Assembly: GCA_000434675.1 (NCBI GenBank)
Contig: HF988640.1
Location: 29,937-93,936 of the forward strand
Reading direction: 5' to 3'
Source of the DNA: Faecalibacterium sp. CAG:1138
GTDB lineage: Bacteria; Bacillota; Clostridia; Christensenellales; CAG-917
DNA length: 64,000 bases
The notes beneath the pieces were generated by a model that did not search any database, was not told where the DNA came from, and saw nothing but the letters and a program-made list of their open reading frames with translations. The position numbers and the translations under genes were made by a program. Shown in pieces: positions 53,444-63,673 of this stretch; position 1 is the first letter of the stretch; each line of letters begins with the position of its first letter.

Positions 53444-55867
53444 CTACATTACGATATTTATGATTCTGTTAGGAATGACGATAAACTTCTTGACGACGTT
53501 ATCGCCGATAAGCTGTTTGATCTCGTCGAGGCCTTTTGCGTATTCCTCGATTTCCTTAGGGCTAAGGCCCGACGGAACGCTGATTTTGGTTTTGATGCGG
53601 CTGTTTACCTGAACTGCCAGTTCGACTTCGTCCAGAACGAGCGCTTTTTCGTTGCAGACAGGGTAGCTTTGATTGAAAACGGAATATTTTCCGCCCAGCT
53701 TCTCCCACAGTTCTTCCGCAAAGTGTGGTGCGCAAGGAGCCATCAGCAGCACGAGGTCGGTTGCGGCGTCCAAAAACAGCTTGTTCTTTTTGGAGTATTT
53801 GTCGTAGTTATACAAAGCGTTGGTCAGCTCCATAAGCCTTGCGACGGCGGTGTTGAAGCCGAAGGCTTCCATATTCTGACTGACGGCCTTTATGGTGTTG
53901 TTTCTGACGTAGTCCAGTTCTTTTTCCTCTTTGCCGAACGCGTCGTCGAAATGCTGACAGGTTGCGGCTTTGGTTACGATCCTTTCCACGCGGTCCATAA
54001 ATCTGACGGTGTTTTCGACGCCCGTTTCGCTCCAAGGTCCGCCCTCGGTGTAGTTGAAGCCGAACATCAGATACAAGCGAAGCGCGTCGGAGCCGTATCT
54101 TTCCACCATGGAATCGGGACTTACCACGTTCCCGCGGGATTTGCTCATTCTGTAGCCGTCAGGCCCCAGAATAACGCCCTGGTGAACCAACGATTTGAAC
54201 GGTTCGTCGAAATTAAGATAGCCCATATCCCTGAGCGCTTTGGTGAAAAAACGCGCGTAGAGCAGGTGCATGCAGGCGTGTTCCGCTCCACCGATATATT
54301 TGTCGACAGGGAGCATTTTGTTTATGCGCGCAGGATCCCACGCTTTTTCCGAATTTTTGTTGTCGGGATATCTGAGATAGTACCAGCTGGAGCATACGAA
54401 GGTGTCCAAAGTGTCCGGATCGCGTCTGGCGCTTCCGCCACAGACAGGGCAGGTGCAATTCATAAACTCTTCGCTCTTTGCCAGAGGGCTTTTGCCGTCG
54501 GGCATAAATTCGACGTTGTACGGCAGAAGAACCGGAAGGTCCTTTTCAGGCACGGGAACTATGCCGCATTTCGGGCAGTGAATCATAGGAATCGGCGCGC
54601 CCCAGTATCTTTGTCTGCTGACCAGCCAGTCCCTTAAACGATAGTTGGTTTTGAGGCTGCCTTCGCCGGAATTTTCCAGTTTTTTGACGATTGCCACCTT
54701 CGCTTCTTCCGAAGTCATGCCGTCGAATTCGCCGCTTGCGGTGAGCACGCCGTATTCGGTGAACGGAAGCTCGTCCGCTTCGCCGCCGGCGGATTTGATG
54801 ACTCTTTCAATCGGCAGACCGAATTTGGTCGCAAAAGCAAAGTCGCGGGTGTCGTGCGCAGGAACGGCCATCACAGCGCCCGTTCCGTAGGTATAAAGCA
54901 CGTAATCGGAGATATAGACGGGAACCTTTCTGCCGTTTATAGGGTTGACGGCGTAGGAGCCCGTGAACACGCCCGTCTTTTCTCTGGTGGTGGACTGACG
55001 TTCGATTTCGGAGGATTTGGAGCAGAAGTCCTTATACGCCTCCACTTCGGCTTTTTGCGCTTCGGTGGTCAGTTCGTCAACCAAAGGATGCTCCGGCGCG
55101 AGAACGACGTACGTTACGCCGAAAAGGGTGTCGGCCCTGGTGGTGAACACGTTGAAGCTTTTGCCGTTTTCCGTTTTGAAGGTAACTTCGCCGCCGGTGG
55201 ATTTGCCGATCCAGTTGCGCTGCATAAGCTTGGTTTTTTCAGGCCAGTCGATGGTGTCGAGGCCGGAGAGCAATTCCTCCGCGTAATCGGTTATGCGGAA
55301 AAACCATTGCGTAAGATTTTTCCTCACGACGGTGGTGTGGCATCTTTCGCAAGCGCCGTCGACGACTTGTTCGTTGGCGAGCACCGTGTTGCAGGAAGGG
55401 CACCAGTTAACCGGAGCCTCTTTGCGGTAGGCGAGGTTGTGTTTATACAGCTCCAAAAACAGCCATTGCGTCCATTTGTAATATTCCGGACGGCAGGTGA
55501 CCAGCTCGTAGTCCCAGTCGAACGAAGCGCCGATGGCTTTGAGCTGTTGCTCCATGGTGGCGATATTTTTTTCGGTGCTGTCTTTAGGGTGAATACCCGT
55601 TTTTATGGCGTAGTTTTCGGCAGGAAGCCCGAACGCGTCGAAGCCCATAGGTTGGAAAACTTCGTAGCCTTGCATCCTTTTGAACCTGGCAAAGCTGTCG
55701 GACAGGCCGTAGTTGAACCAGTGTCCCGCGTGAAGTTTTGCGCCGGAAGGGTAGCTGAACATCTCGAGAACGTAATATTTTTTGTCGATTCTGGAGTTGT
55801 CGAACTTATAAAGCCCGGTGTCCGCCCAGATTTTTTGCCATTTTTTTTCGATTTGCTTCATGTCCAT
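53444..55867 (-). CDS. leuS: Leucyl-tRNA synthetase
   Basis: Start at '[14 protein letters not shown]'. 'HAGH' (HIGH-type) and 'KMSKSRGN' (KMSKS) motifs. 8 nt upstream of serS. Confidence 0.97.
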   Translation of the reverse strand: MDMKQIEKKWQKIWADTGLYKFDNSRIDKKYYVLEMFSYPSGAKLHAGHWFNYGLSDSFARFKRMQGYEVFQPMGFDAFGLPAENYAIKTGIHPKDSTEKNIATMEQQLKAIGASFDWDYELVTCRPEYYKWTQWLFLELYKHNLAYRKEAPVNWCPSCNTVLANEQVVDGACERCHTTVVRKNLTQWFFRITDYAEELLSGLDTIDWPEKTKLMQRNWIGKSTGGEVTFKTENGKSFNVFTTRADTLFGVTYVVLAPEHPLVDELTTEAQKAEVEAYKDFCSKSSEIERQSTTREKTGVFTGSYAVNPINGRKVPVYISDYVLYTYGTGAVMAVPAHDTRDFAFATKFGLPIERVIKSAGGEADELPFTEYGVLTASGEFDGMTSEEAKVAIVKKLENSGEGSLKTNYRLRDWLVSRQRYWGAPIPMIHCPKCGIVPVPEKDLPVLLPYNVEFMPDGKSPLAKSEEFMNCTCPVCGGSARRDPDTLDTFVCSSWYYLRYPDNKNSEKAWDPARINKMLPVDKYIGGAEHACMHLLYARFFTKALRDMGYLNFDEPFKSLVHQGVILGPDGYRMSKSRGNVVSPDSMVERYGSDALRLYLMFGFNYTEGGPWSETGVENTVRFMDRVERIVTKAATCQHFDDAFGKEEKELDYVRNNTIKAVSQNMEAFGFNTAVARLMELTNALYNYDKYSKKNKLFLDAATDLVLLMAPCAPHFAEELWEKLGGKYSVFNQSYPVCNEKALVLDEVELAVQVNSRIKTKISVPSGLSPKEIEEYAKGLDEIKQLIGDNVVKKFIVIPNRIINIVM

Positions 55868-55983
55868 AGAGGTGGTTCTCCGCTTAAGGTGTAAATAACT
55901 TTTTATGTATTTTATAATAATACGGCTTTTATCCGTTGTCAAACGAATTGCCCTTAAAAGCCGTCAAAAGGTCGCCTTGCGGC

Positions 55984-56012
55984 AAAAAATAACCGCAGGC
56001 AATGCCTGCGGT
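55984..56012 (-). terminator. Terminator of the giant phosphoesterase gene
   Basis: ACCGCAGGC-ATT-GCCTGCGGT followed by a T-run on the minus strand. A TTGACA-17-TATTAT promoter for leuS follows. Confidence 0.75.
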
Positions 56013-56023
56013 CGATTTTTTTA

Positions 56024-59000
56024 TTAAGCTGCAATCGGCGTTTTCTTTTTGCCGAGGAAAACGAACAGGCAAACTATGCCGCCCACCAGCGCGACTGCGC
56101 CGACGGTGATGCCGATAACGGCGCCGACCGGAAGTTTGGTTTTCGGAGCCTCGAGCGCGCCCCTTGCGATCATGATGTTGTCCACGGCAACTACGCTGCC
56201 GTCGGCAAGATATGCGTAGGACTTAAGGGTGATTCTGTCGCCGTCGACGGAAACGTTGGCGTAAACCGGAGTTTCGGTCAGTTCCAGATATTTGTCGGCG
56301 GTGAGATATTTCTCCAGCCCTTCGGGCGCTTTGTCTCTCGTTTTGATGAGAACTTCGTCGCTGTAGAGATAGTTGTAGAACTTGTCGCCCATAGTGCCGA
56401 GGTTGACGTAGAGCACGCCGTCGGTCACCACGCTGCCGTCGTAGTTGTAGGTTACGTCCGCTTTTTCGCCGTTTTCGTCGATGTATTCGGAAACGCTGTA
56501 GGTGTGGTCGTGTCCCTGCAAAACGAGGTTAACGCCGTAAACGGCGAAGATCGGGGTGAGCTGCTTTCTCAAAGCGATGACGTCGCTGTCGAAAGCGTGG
56601 CTGCCAGCGGTGTAAGGACCTTTGTGCATGGTTACGATGATGAAAGTGATGCTTTCGTCTTTGTCTGCTTCGGCAAGGTCCGCTTCCAGCCATTCGGTCT
56701 GAGCCTCTGCAAGGTTGCCTTCGCTGTCAAGATCGTTGGTGTCCAGAATGACGAAGTGAGTGTTCTGGTAGTTGTAGCTGTAGTAGATGCCGGTTTCCAA
56801 AACCGTTGCGCCCGACGGGGTTGCAAGGTTGGAGGTGAGGTCGTAGTGGTGCTTTTCGTGGTTACCCGCAACGCTGACGTAGGTGTTGTTTGCCCAGCTT
56901 TGTGCCTGATGGTCGAGCATCCACATATACTGCCAGAAGTTTTTGCCGTTGTCCACGTTGTCGCCGCCGCTCAGAATGAATGACGTGGTTTTTCCGGTGG
57001 AAACGGTGGCTTTGTACAGGTTGTTCATGCTGTCGACGTAGTTTCTTTCTACGCTGCCCTGAATGTCGGAGAAGGCCATAAATTCGAAGCCTCCCGAGGT
57101 CTTTCCGGTGGTGAAAGAGTAGACGTCGGACCAGCCGTACGCGTCGTTACCGACTTGATAGAAGTAGGTTTTGCCTTCTTCGAGGCCGGTTAGCGAAACG
57201 GTGTAGCGATTGTAGGTCTTCATCGCGTAGTTGAGGTTGAAGTATGCGATGCCGAGGTCGATGGTCGGGATTTCGTTCAGCACGTTTTCGCCGTTAGCTT
57301 TAACCGTTGTGCTTGCGGAAAGGTTTTCGTTTGTCGAATAACGAATGAAGCTTTCGGGAACGACGGTTCTGTCGAAAACGTCAACCTGAACCGACGTGAA
57401 CCACATAAAGTTTTTATCGGTGTAAACGTTGTCGCCGAAGGTGTAGCTGATGCGTCCCGGTTTCAGACCGTTTTCGGTGGTAGGAACCACGTTCACCGCC
57501 ACGGAGCTGTCGTAGGTGTGTCCGCCGAACAGCTTTTCGCCGTTATAGGTGCAGGTTACGAGGTAGTTTTCGCCGTAAGCCTTGAAAAGACCCGTTGCGT
57601 TTGCGTTTTCGTAAGCGTGATCGAAAGTGGTGTCGATGTAGAAGCTTTCGAGAATCTGTTTCGCATAGTCGCCGAGGTTTTTGCAGAAAGAGTCGGTGAC
57701 GTATTTGTCGATGAGAACGTCGTCCAGCGTTTTGCCGAGGTCGGTGCCGCCGTCAATATACATGCCCAGATATTCCTTGACGGTCGGGATAAGATTGATT
57801 ATCGTGCCCGCGGTATCGCCGAGCGCACCGCTGAAAAGCGACAGCACTTTGTCGAGAAGAGGACCGAATTCGTCGCCGGTCAGAAGCGCGTAAACGTCTT
57901 TCAGAAGTCCGTTGAGGGAATAGTAACCGTTTTCGGAATTCGATTTGAAAGCGTATTTGGACAAATTGTCTTTTGCGAGGCTGTCAATCATTCCGCTCGG
58001 GTTCGTTTTCAGAGCGGCGGCAATGTCGAAGCCTTTACCGACGGCAAGCGGGGCCATCGTGTCGACGGTTCTGATCGGAGCGTCCAGCAAAAGCTGAAGT
58101 TGCGGAACGAGAGCATCGTAGAGGAAGTTCACCAGCCATCTGACGAATCCGCCGTTTTCGAGCGAGGTCAAAAGAGGTTTCAGTTCGTCGGGAATTTCGG
58201 TGGTGCCGGAACCGTTGAGGTGCGCGCCGTACACGGTCATGTAGCCGTCGGAGAGGGTGTAGCCGCCGGGGATTTCGCCGTAGCCGAAGTCGTAGGAGAG
58301 CACCCAGTTGAGAGCGTCAGTGAGGTAAGTTACGATGTCGTAGCCTCTTTCAGGAGTGCTCGAAAGCGAAAACCATTTGCCGTCGGCATTTGGTTGGAAT
58401 TTATAAAAGTCAAAGTTTCTGACGTCTTTCAGAAGGTCGCCCACAACGGCTTGCAGATAAGGCATTTTGCCCATACCTGCGCTTAAACCTTCGATTGTGT
58501 CGTATAAACTTTCGTTTATGACTGTGCCCAACATTCCGCTCTCGACAGAGGAGAGCAGGTCTTCGTTGACTATGACAAGATAGTCGCCGATGGAGCATGC
58601 GTTGCCCGAGCGGTCCTTGACGGTTGCGACGGTGTCCATTTTGACGCCGAAATCACTGCCGCCGTTGTTGTAAAGTTCCGGGCGGTGATAGGTGTATTTG
58701 TCGGCGGAGGAGCTGTCGGAGAGGAAGTGAATTTCGGTTTTGAGGTCTTCCACCACTTTGTTGCCGCTGACGGTTTTGGTGTAGTCGACGGTGCGGTAGG
58801 CGCTGCCGTAGCTTATAAGGCTGCCGGTTTCGAAATCGTAGAACACGTTGCCGTTTTGGGTGACGTAGTCAACCTGATCGTTGGCGTGTTGGTGTCCGCT
58901 GAAACCGTAGCGAATGCCGGCGTCGGCAAGAGTGTAGGTGGCTTCTTCCCAGTTGTCGTAAACGAAAAGGCTGATGATTTCGTCTTCCATGGTGAAGTGC

Positions 59001-60178
59001 GGAACGAAGTTCGCATGGCCCAGAGTGAAGATGCCGCGATTGTTTTTGACGTCGTCCTTAAGGCTTTCCACGGCCCATTTCAGACATTCGTCGGAGATGT
59101 AAGCGCCGGTGGTTTCGTGCCAGCCGCCGTTTGCGATTTCCGCGGTGGTTGCTTTGCCTTTTTTGACGCGATCAGGGAAGTCGGTGTCGTAGTCTCTGCT
59201 GTCGGCGTTGAGGGCAAGAACGGTCATATCTTTGATTCTTGCGATGTAGCTTAAACTGCAAAGTTTGGCGTAGCTTTGAATGAGCGCGAAGTTTTTGGTG
59301 TCTTCGTAAGCTTTGAGAACGTCTTTCGGGATGGTTTCGCCGTCCACAGGCTCAAGCTGATCTCTGGAAACGCCTTTTCCGCCGTACCAGAAGTTGCTTT
59401 CGTAGAAAAATTCCAAAGAGCAACCGTCGGCCATGCCGCAGCTTGCGTTGTGATTGCCATCCTTTCGGCCTTCGCAGTCGCAGTAGCCGAAATCGGAGTA
59501 GATGCGGAAGAAGTCCGTAACCTTTGCGGAAACCACCGAAATGCCTTCGTAGTTTTCGAGAAGGGTTTTCAGTTCTTCGTAAGTGGTGCAGGCTTCGATT
59601 TCTTCCGCCGGAGGAAGGAAGGATTTTGCCTTTTTGTTATAGAGGTCGTGGTTGCCCGGAATTACGAAAATCTGGAAGCCTTCGTAGCCCGGTTTTTTCC
59701 TCATTTCGGTGGTAACTTTTTTGAGAAGATTGCCCACCCATTCGTGGTTTTCGATTTCGCCGTCGTTGGTGAGATCACCCGTGATAAAGACGTACATAGG
59801 CGGCTCTTCCATGTTCATAAGTTCGTTAAAGGCGATTTCGGAGGCGAGCTGACTTTCTTCCAAAAGTTTGGTGCCTTTCGCTTTATCGATATAGGCCCGC
59901 GAATAGATGTTCGCGTAGTTTTCGATAAAGATGTGCATATCCGTAACGTGTGCGATTTTGTAGCGTGTGGTCGTTTCTTCGGCAAGAGCGGGAACGGAAG
60001 AAACCGAAACCGCGCCCGTCAGCAGAACCAACAAAGCCGCCACGACGCAAATTACGAAAGTGAACGATTTTTCATTGTCATAATATCTCCTTATAATATA
60101 ATAGATAACCACATTATAGCACATTTTATCCGTCGTTTGCAAGTTTACGGGCAGACATTTTGCCTTAAAATGTAGCAT
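56024..60178 (-). CDS. Giant cell-surface double metallophosphoesterase (N-terminal calcineurin-like domain + purple-acid-phosphatase-like domain), C-terminal TM anchor; start region frame-disrupted
   Basis: Coordinates give the maximal open frame. 'HVTDMHIF','TGDLTNDGE','IPGNHD' and later 'FSDIQG','GGDNVDNG','AGNHE','LQGHDHTY'. C-terminal 'AVIGITVGAVALVGGIVCLFVFLGKKK'. The RBS-proximal ATGs (60081, 60075) are in another frame; see the finding for 60060-60142. Confidence 0.8.
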   Translation of the reverse strand: MLHFKAKCLPVNLQTTDKMCYNVVIYYIIRRYYDNEKSFTFVICVVAALLVLLTGAVSVSSVPALAEETTTRYKIAHVTDMHIFIENYANIYSRAYIDKAKGTKLLEESQLASEIAFNELMNMEEPPMYVFITGDLTNDGEIENHEWVGNLLKKVTTEMRKKPGYEGFQIFVIPGNHDLYNKKAKSFLPPAEEIEACTTYEELKTLLENYEGISVVSAKVTDFFRIYSDFGYCDCEGRKDGNHNASCGMADGCSLEFFYESNFWYGGKGVSRDQLEPVDGETIPKDVLKAYEDTKNFALIQSYAKLCSLSYIARIKDMTVLALNADSRDYDTDFPDRVKKGKATTAEIANGGWHETTGAYISDECLKWAVESLKDDVKNNRGIFTLGHANFVPHFTMEDEIISLFVYDNWEEATYTLADAGIRYGFSGHQHANDQVDYVTQNGNVFYDFETGSLISYGSAYRTVDYTKTVSGNKVVEDLKTEIHFLSDSSSADKYTYHRPELYNNGGSDFGVKMDTVATVKDRSGNACSIGDYLVIVNEDLLSSVESGMLGTVINESLYDTIEGLSAGMGKMPYLQAVVGDLLKDVRNFDFYKFQPNADGKWFSLSSTPERGYDIVTYLTDALNWVLSYDFGYGEIPGGYTLSDGYMTVYGAHLNGSGTTEIPDELKPLLTSLENGGFVRWLVNFLYDALVPQLQLLLDAPIRTVDTMAPLAVGKGFDIAAALKTNPSGMIDSLAKDNLSKYAFKSNSENGYYSLNGLLKDVYALLTGDEFGPLLDKVLSLFSGALGDTAGTIINLIPTVKEYLGMYIDGGTDLGKTLDDVLIDKYVTDSFCKNLGDYAKQILESFYIDTTFDHAYENANATGLFKAYGENYLVTCTYNGEKLFGGHTYDSSVAVNVVPTTENGLKPGRISYTFGDNVYTDKNFMWFTSVQVDVFDRTVVPESFIRYSTNENLSASTTVKANGENVLNEIPTIDLGIAYFNLNYAMKTYNRYTVSLTGLEEGKTYFYQVGNDAYGWSDVYSFTTGKTSGGFEFMAFSDIQGSVERNYVDSMNNLYKATVSTGKTTSFILSGGDNVDNGKNFWQYMWMLDHQAQSWANNTYVSVAGNHEKHHYDLTSNLATPSGATVLETGIYYSYNYQNTHFVILDTNDLDSEGNLAEAQTEWLEADLAEADKDESITFIIVTMHKGPYTAGSHAFDSDVIALRKQLTPIFAVYGVNLVLQGHDHTYSVSEYIDENGEKADVTYNYDGSVVTDGVLYVNLGTMGDKFYNYLYSDEVLIKTRDKAPEGLEKYLTADKYLELTETPVYANVSVDGDRITLKSYAYLADGSVVAVDNIMIARGALEAPKTKLPVGAVIGITVGAVALVGGIVCLFVFLGKKKTPIAA
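60113..60142 (-). promoter_or_regulatory. Extended -10 promoter of the giant phosphoesterase gene, lying inside its maximal ORF
   Basis: On the minus strand: TTGCAA (60142-60137), 18-nt spacer, TGcTATAAT (60121-60113). Confidence 0.65.
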
Positions 60179-60294
60179 TTCGCCATAAAATCAGGCCGCT
60201 CCTCTTTTGCGACTGAAAAGACGCGCAAAAATAAACGGACGCCCGTTTTTGGGGACGCCCGTTTAAGGTTGGGATGGATATTGGTAAGGTCAGT

Positions 60295-60510
60295 TTATTT
60301 GCAGCAGGATTTTTTTTCTTTTGCGTCGGTTTTTTTGTCGCCGCAAGTGCAAGCCGATTTGGCTTTTCCGCACGCTCCCGCATACGGGCAGGACGCTCCG
60401 CACGAAGCGCAGCCGCCCTTTCCCTTCTTTTTGCGAATGAGGGAACCTGCCGAAACGCCGACGACTATTGCCACGCACGCTATGATAAGCAGAATTTCTT
60501 TAATTCCCAT
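60295..60510 (-). CDS. FeoB-associated Cys-rich membrane protein
   Basis: 71 aa. One TM helix, a basic stretch and a Cys-rich tail 'GGCASCGASCPYAGACGKAKSACTCG...SCC'. Immediately downstream of feoB. Confidence 0.75.
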   Translation of the reverse strand: MGIKEILLIIACVAIVVGVSAGSLIRKKKGKGGCASCGASCPYAGACGKAKSACTCGDKKTDAKEKKSCCK

Positions 60511-60539
60511 AATACGCTCCTTTCGGCTGTGCCGAAAAA

Positions 60540-62975
60540 TTATTTTTTCTTAAACAGAGTTTTGATACCGTATTTGTTGTTGTAGATTACGCCGATGGTA
60601 ACCGCTGCGACAACGACTGCCCAGATGAACAGCGTCCACCACCAGGAACCGATGGTGTAAACCATTGCGGCAACAACGTAGCTGGAGCAAATCCAGAACA
60701 ACAGGGTGTTTTTGTAAAGTTTTTCGTTTCCGAGTTCCGCTTTGGCCGTGCCGACTGCAGCGAAGCAAGGGATCGTGGTCATGTTGAAAGCGATGAAAGC
60801 GATGAGGCCCGGAATGCCGATACCGGTAGCCTTGATCATTGCTCTTACTGCAGGGATACCGCTTTCGGCGTCGATGTTGAAGTTTCCGAGATCAGGGATA
60901 GCTGCGGTCAGGCAAGCGGCGAGGGTAGCAAAGGTAGCGATAACGTTTTCTTTTGCGATAAGGCCGGTGGCTGCCGCCAGAACGAATACCCAACCGTATT
61001 CGCCGAGCTGGCTGCCGAAGCCGAGCGGAGTGAACAGAGGCTGAATGAGCATGGAGAGCTGAGCAAGAATGCTTTCGTTGATTTGTTCGTCTTCCAGGAA
61101 TTTCCAGCTGAAGCTGAAGTGTGAAAGAACCCAGATTACGATTGTGGAAGCAAGGATAATGGTGAACGCTTTTTTGACGAAGTGTTTGGCTTTATCCCAC
61201 AGGTGCAGCATGAGGTTCTTGAACTGCGGAGCGTGGTAAGCAGGAAGCTCCATGATGAACGGAGGAGTTTCGCCCTTGAGGCTGGTGTTCCTGAGAAGCA
61301 GCACGCTTACGACTGCGGCTACGATGCCCAAAAGGTACATGCTGTAGGTGATGAGGTCTGCGTTTCCTATGCCTGCGTTCGCAACGATTGCGCCCGCAAC
61401 GGCGGTGAGGATAGGCAGTTTAGCGCCGCAGGAGAAGAACGGAATAACACGAATGGTTGCGGTACGTTCTTTGTCGTCAGCCAAAGTTCTGGTGTTGATC
61501 ATTGCAGGAACGGAGCAACCGAATCCCATGATCATCGGCATAAAAGCTCTGCCTGAAAGTCCGAATTTGCGGAATAATCTGTCGAGAATGAATGCGATAC
61601 GAGCCATGTAGCCGCTGTCTTCCAAAATGGAGAAGAACAGGAACAGAACCAAAATAGGAGGCAGGAAGCTGAGCACTGCGGTGAGACCGTCGATGATACC
61701 GTTGTTGATAAGACCGACTGCCCACTCGTTCATGCCGCTTTCTTCGATTGCGCCCTGCAAAAGTCCTGCAAGCTCGCCGACTATCATGTCGTTCCAGATG
61801 TTGTTGATAACAACGCCCGGGCTGTAAAGAGTTCCGTCGTAAACCGTGGCAAGCCATCTTGCGCCGTAGGTGAGGCCTTCGGGAACAGGGATAGGATTGC
61901 CGTCTTCGTCCAAAACGAGATTGTTGTCGTCGTCGCGTTCGTAAACGATGTTGCCGTCGTCATCACGCTGATATGCCACGTTGCCGTTTTCGTCTTTGAT
62001 GAGGAAAGCGTCGTTTTCGGAAAGCGAAGGCATCCAAGCCTGATCTTCGGTGAAACCGTTCAGGAACAGAAGGTTCTCGGAGAAGGTAAGGTGGAAGATG
62101 AAGAACAGCACTACGAGAAAGATAGGAATACCCCAGATCTTGTGAGTGAGCACTTTGTCCGCTTTGTCGGACTTGGTCATCTTAAGTTTGTCGTTGGATT
62201 TACGTTTTAAGACGACGGAGAAGTTTTTGGATATGTATTTGTATCTTGCGTCGGCAACCAGCGCTTCGTAGTCGGTGCCGAAAAGTTCGTCGGAGTGAGT
62301 TTGCTTGAATTCTTCGACCATAGGAGCCGCGGATTTGTGCATTTCCACTTCGATTTCGTCGCCTTCGACGAGTTTTACTGCGTGGAACAGAGGATTTTGG
62401 ATACCTTGTCCTTTAAGAGCGATGGTAACGTCGGAGATGATGTGAGCAAGAGAGGTTTCTTCCAGAACGGTTCTGCCCGCGCGAGGATTTTTGGAAGCGG
62501 AGTAGGCGCGTTCCATAAGTTCCTTGAGGCCGGTTTCTTTAAGAGCGGAAATCTTTACGACAGGAACACCGAGTCTTTTTTCGAGTTCTTTTTCGTTGAT
62601 TTCGTCGCCTGCCTGCTGATCGGCGTCCATCATGTTGAGAGCGATGACCATAGGAACGTCCATTTCCATAATCTGAGTGGAAAGGAACAGGTTTCTTTCA
62701 AGGTTGGTTGCGTCCACGATGTTGATGACGCAATCGGGTTTTTCGTCCAGAATGTAGTTTCTGGCGATAACTTCTTCCGGAGTATAAGGGCTCAGAGAGT
62801 AGATGCCCGGAAGGTCGATGATCTGAATAGGTTCGGCGCATTTTTTGTAAACGCCGTCACGTTTGTCGACGGTTACGCCCGGCCAGTTGCCGACGTGTGC
62901 CGTGGAACCGGTTAAGCTGTTAAAAAGAGTGGTTTTGCCGCAGTTAGGGTTGCCGGCCAATGCAAATCTTTTCAT
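60540..62975 (-). CDS. feoB: Ferrous iron transporter B
   Basis: N-terminal G-domain 'GNPNCGKTTLFN','DLPGIYSL','ALNMMD', then a polytopic membrane domain. 811 aa. Confidence 0.96.
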   Translation of the reverse strand: MKRFALAGNPNCGKTTLFNSLTGSTAHVGNWPGVTVDKRDGVYKKCAEPIQIIDLPGIYSLSPYTPEEVIARNYILDEKPDCVINIVDATNLERNLFLSTQIMEMDVPMVIALNMMDADQQAGDEINEKELEKRLGVPVVKISALKETGLKELMERAYSASKNPRAGRTVLEETSLAHIISDVTIALKGQGIQNPLFHAVKLVEGDEIEVEMHKSAAPMVEEFKQTHSDELFGTDYEALVADARYKYISKNFSVVLKRKSNDKLKMTKSDKADKVLTHKIWGIPIFLVVLFFIFHLTFSENLLFLNGFTEDQAWMPSLSENDAFLIKDENGNVAYQRDDDGNIVYERDDDNNLVLDEDGNPIPVPEGLTYGARWLATVYDGTLYSPGVVINNIWNDMIVGELAGLLQGAIEESGMNEWAVGLINNGIIDGLTAVLSFLPPILVLFLFFSILEDSGYMARIAFILDRLFRKFGLSGRAFMPMIMGFGCSVPAMINTRTLADDKERTATIRVIPFFSCGAKLPILTAVAGAIVANAGIGNADLITYSMYLLGIVAAVVSVLLLRNTSLKGETPPFIMELPAYHAPQFKNLMLHLWDKAKHFVKKAFTIILASTIVIWVLSHFSFSWKFLEDEQINESILAQLSMLIQPLFTPLGFGSQLGEYGWVFVLAAATGLIAKENVIATFATLAACLTAAIPDLGNFNIDAESGIPAVRAMIKATGIGIPGLIAFIAFNMTTIPCFAAVGTAKAELGNEKLYKNTLLFWICSSYVVAAMVYTIGSWWWTLFIWAVVVAAVTIGVIYNNKYGIKTLFKKK

Positions 62976-63208
62976 TATTTTACTACATCCGCCGTAACAA
63001 GGGCCGCTTCGGTTTTACGAAGGGTGAGTTCATAACCCCTGAGGGTGATTTCGATAGGGTCGCCCAAAGGAGCCCTTTTGCGCATGTAAACTTCGACGCC
63101 CGGCGTAATGCCCATATCGAAAAGGCGACGTTTGATTTTTCCTTCGCCGGATACGCTTTTGACTATTCCGCGTTCACCAAGCTCGAAGCTGTCTAAAGTT
63201 TTGGTCAT
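62975..63208 (-). CDS. feoA: FeoA family protein
   Basis: 77 aa. SH3-like 'RRLFDMGITPGVEVYMRKRAPLGDPIEI'. 1-nt overlap with feoB. Confidence 0.9.
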   Translation of the reverse strand: MTKTLDSFELGERGIVKSVSGEGKIKRRLFDMGITPGVEVYMRKRAPLGDPIEITLRGYELTLRKTEAALVTADVVK

Positions 63209-63266
63209 TTTCTTCTCCTTTAATATTTTGTCGCGGGCCGAAGCCCATAGTTTTCAAATTTTTCGT

Positions 63267-63497
63267 CTATGCGGCATTTTCGGCCACGGTGACCAGAATT
63301 TTTGTGGAAAGATTGCTGTCCAAAGCAATTCTTCCGTCCTTGATTTTGCAAACGACCGTCCCTCCCGACGAGCTCAGAACCGTAACGTTTCCGTCAACGA
63401 GAATTCCGAGGTTTTCAAGGTGTCTTTTCGTTTTGTCGTCTGCTGCGATTTTGATGATCTTAAGATCGACGTTTGTTGGTGCAAGCACAATCGGCAT
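63267..63497 (-). CDS. feoA: FeoA family protein (second copy)
   Basis: 76 aa. 'KRHLENLGILVDGNVTVL....G.VVCKIKDGRIAL'. Confidence 0.85.
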   Translation of the reverse strand: MPIVLAPTNVDLKIIKIAADDKTKRHLENLGILVDGNVTVLSSSGGTVVCKIKDGRIALDSNLSTKILVTVAENAA

Positions 63498-63525
63498 ACT
63501 GTTTTATCCTCCCAACGTTTCAAAA

Positions 63526-63607
63526 ATATGAAACTTATTTCAATTTCATATACATTATATTTCCTGACAGTCGTCTTGTCAATCAAAATACGAAACAAAT
63601 TTCATAT
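63526..63607. promoter_or_regulatory. Candidate operator: inverted repeat ATATGAAA-N10-TTTCATAT plus a third TTTCATAT half-site
   Basis: ATATGAAA at 63526-63533, TTTCATAT at 63544-63551 and TTTCATAT at 63600-63607, all in the feoA/TetR divergent intergenic region. Confidence 0.45.
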
Positions 63608-63673
63608 TTTTTCAAAAAATTATTGCAAAATCGGTTTTTTTATTATACAATATAAATCTGTGAGGTAAAAAGT

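Noticed and set aside
55868-56023. Looked for a T-box leader upstream of leuS-serS.
   Set aside because: Only about 155 nt are available. They are explained by the upstream gene's terminator and a TTGACA-17-TATTAT promoter. No specifier-loop/T-box (AATTAGGGTGGTACCGCG-like) sequence is present.
56024-56140. 'LPVGA' immediately before the C-terminal hydrophobic helix of the phosphoesterase, considered as a possible sortase (LPXTG-like) signal.
   Set aside because: Positions 4-5 (G-A) do not fit known LPXTG/SPXTG/NPQTN classes. The other two proteins with the same tail architecture lack any LP-motif, and no sortase gene is in the window.
60049-60081. 9-codon ORF MTMKNRSLS* as a genuine regulatory leader peptide for the phosphoesterase gene.
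   Set aside because: A single extra A converts it into a perfect Sec signal peptide continuous with the 1350-codon frame. A homopolymer frameshift is therefore the more economical explanation, and it is reported as a finding.
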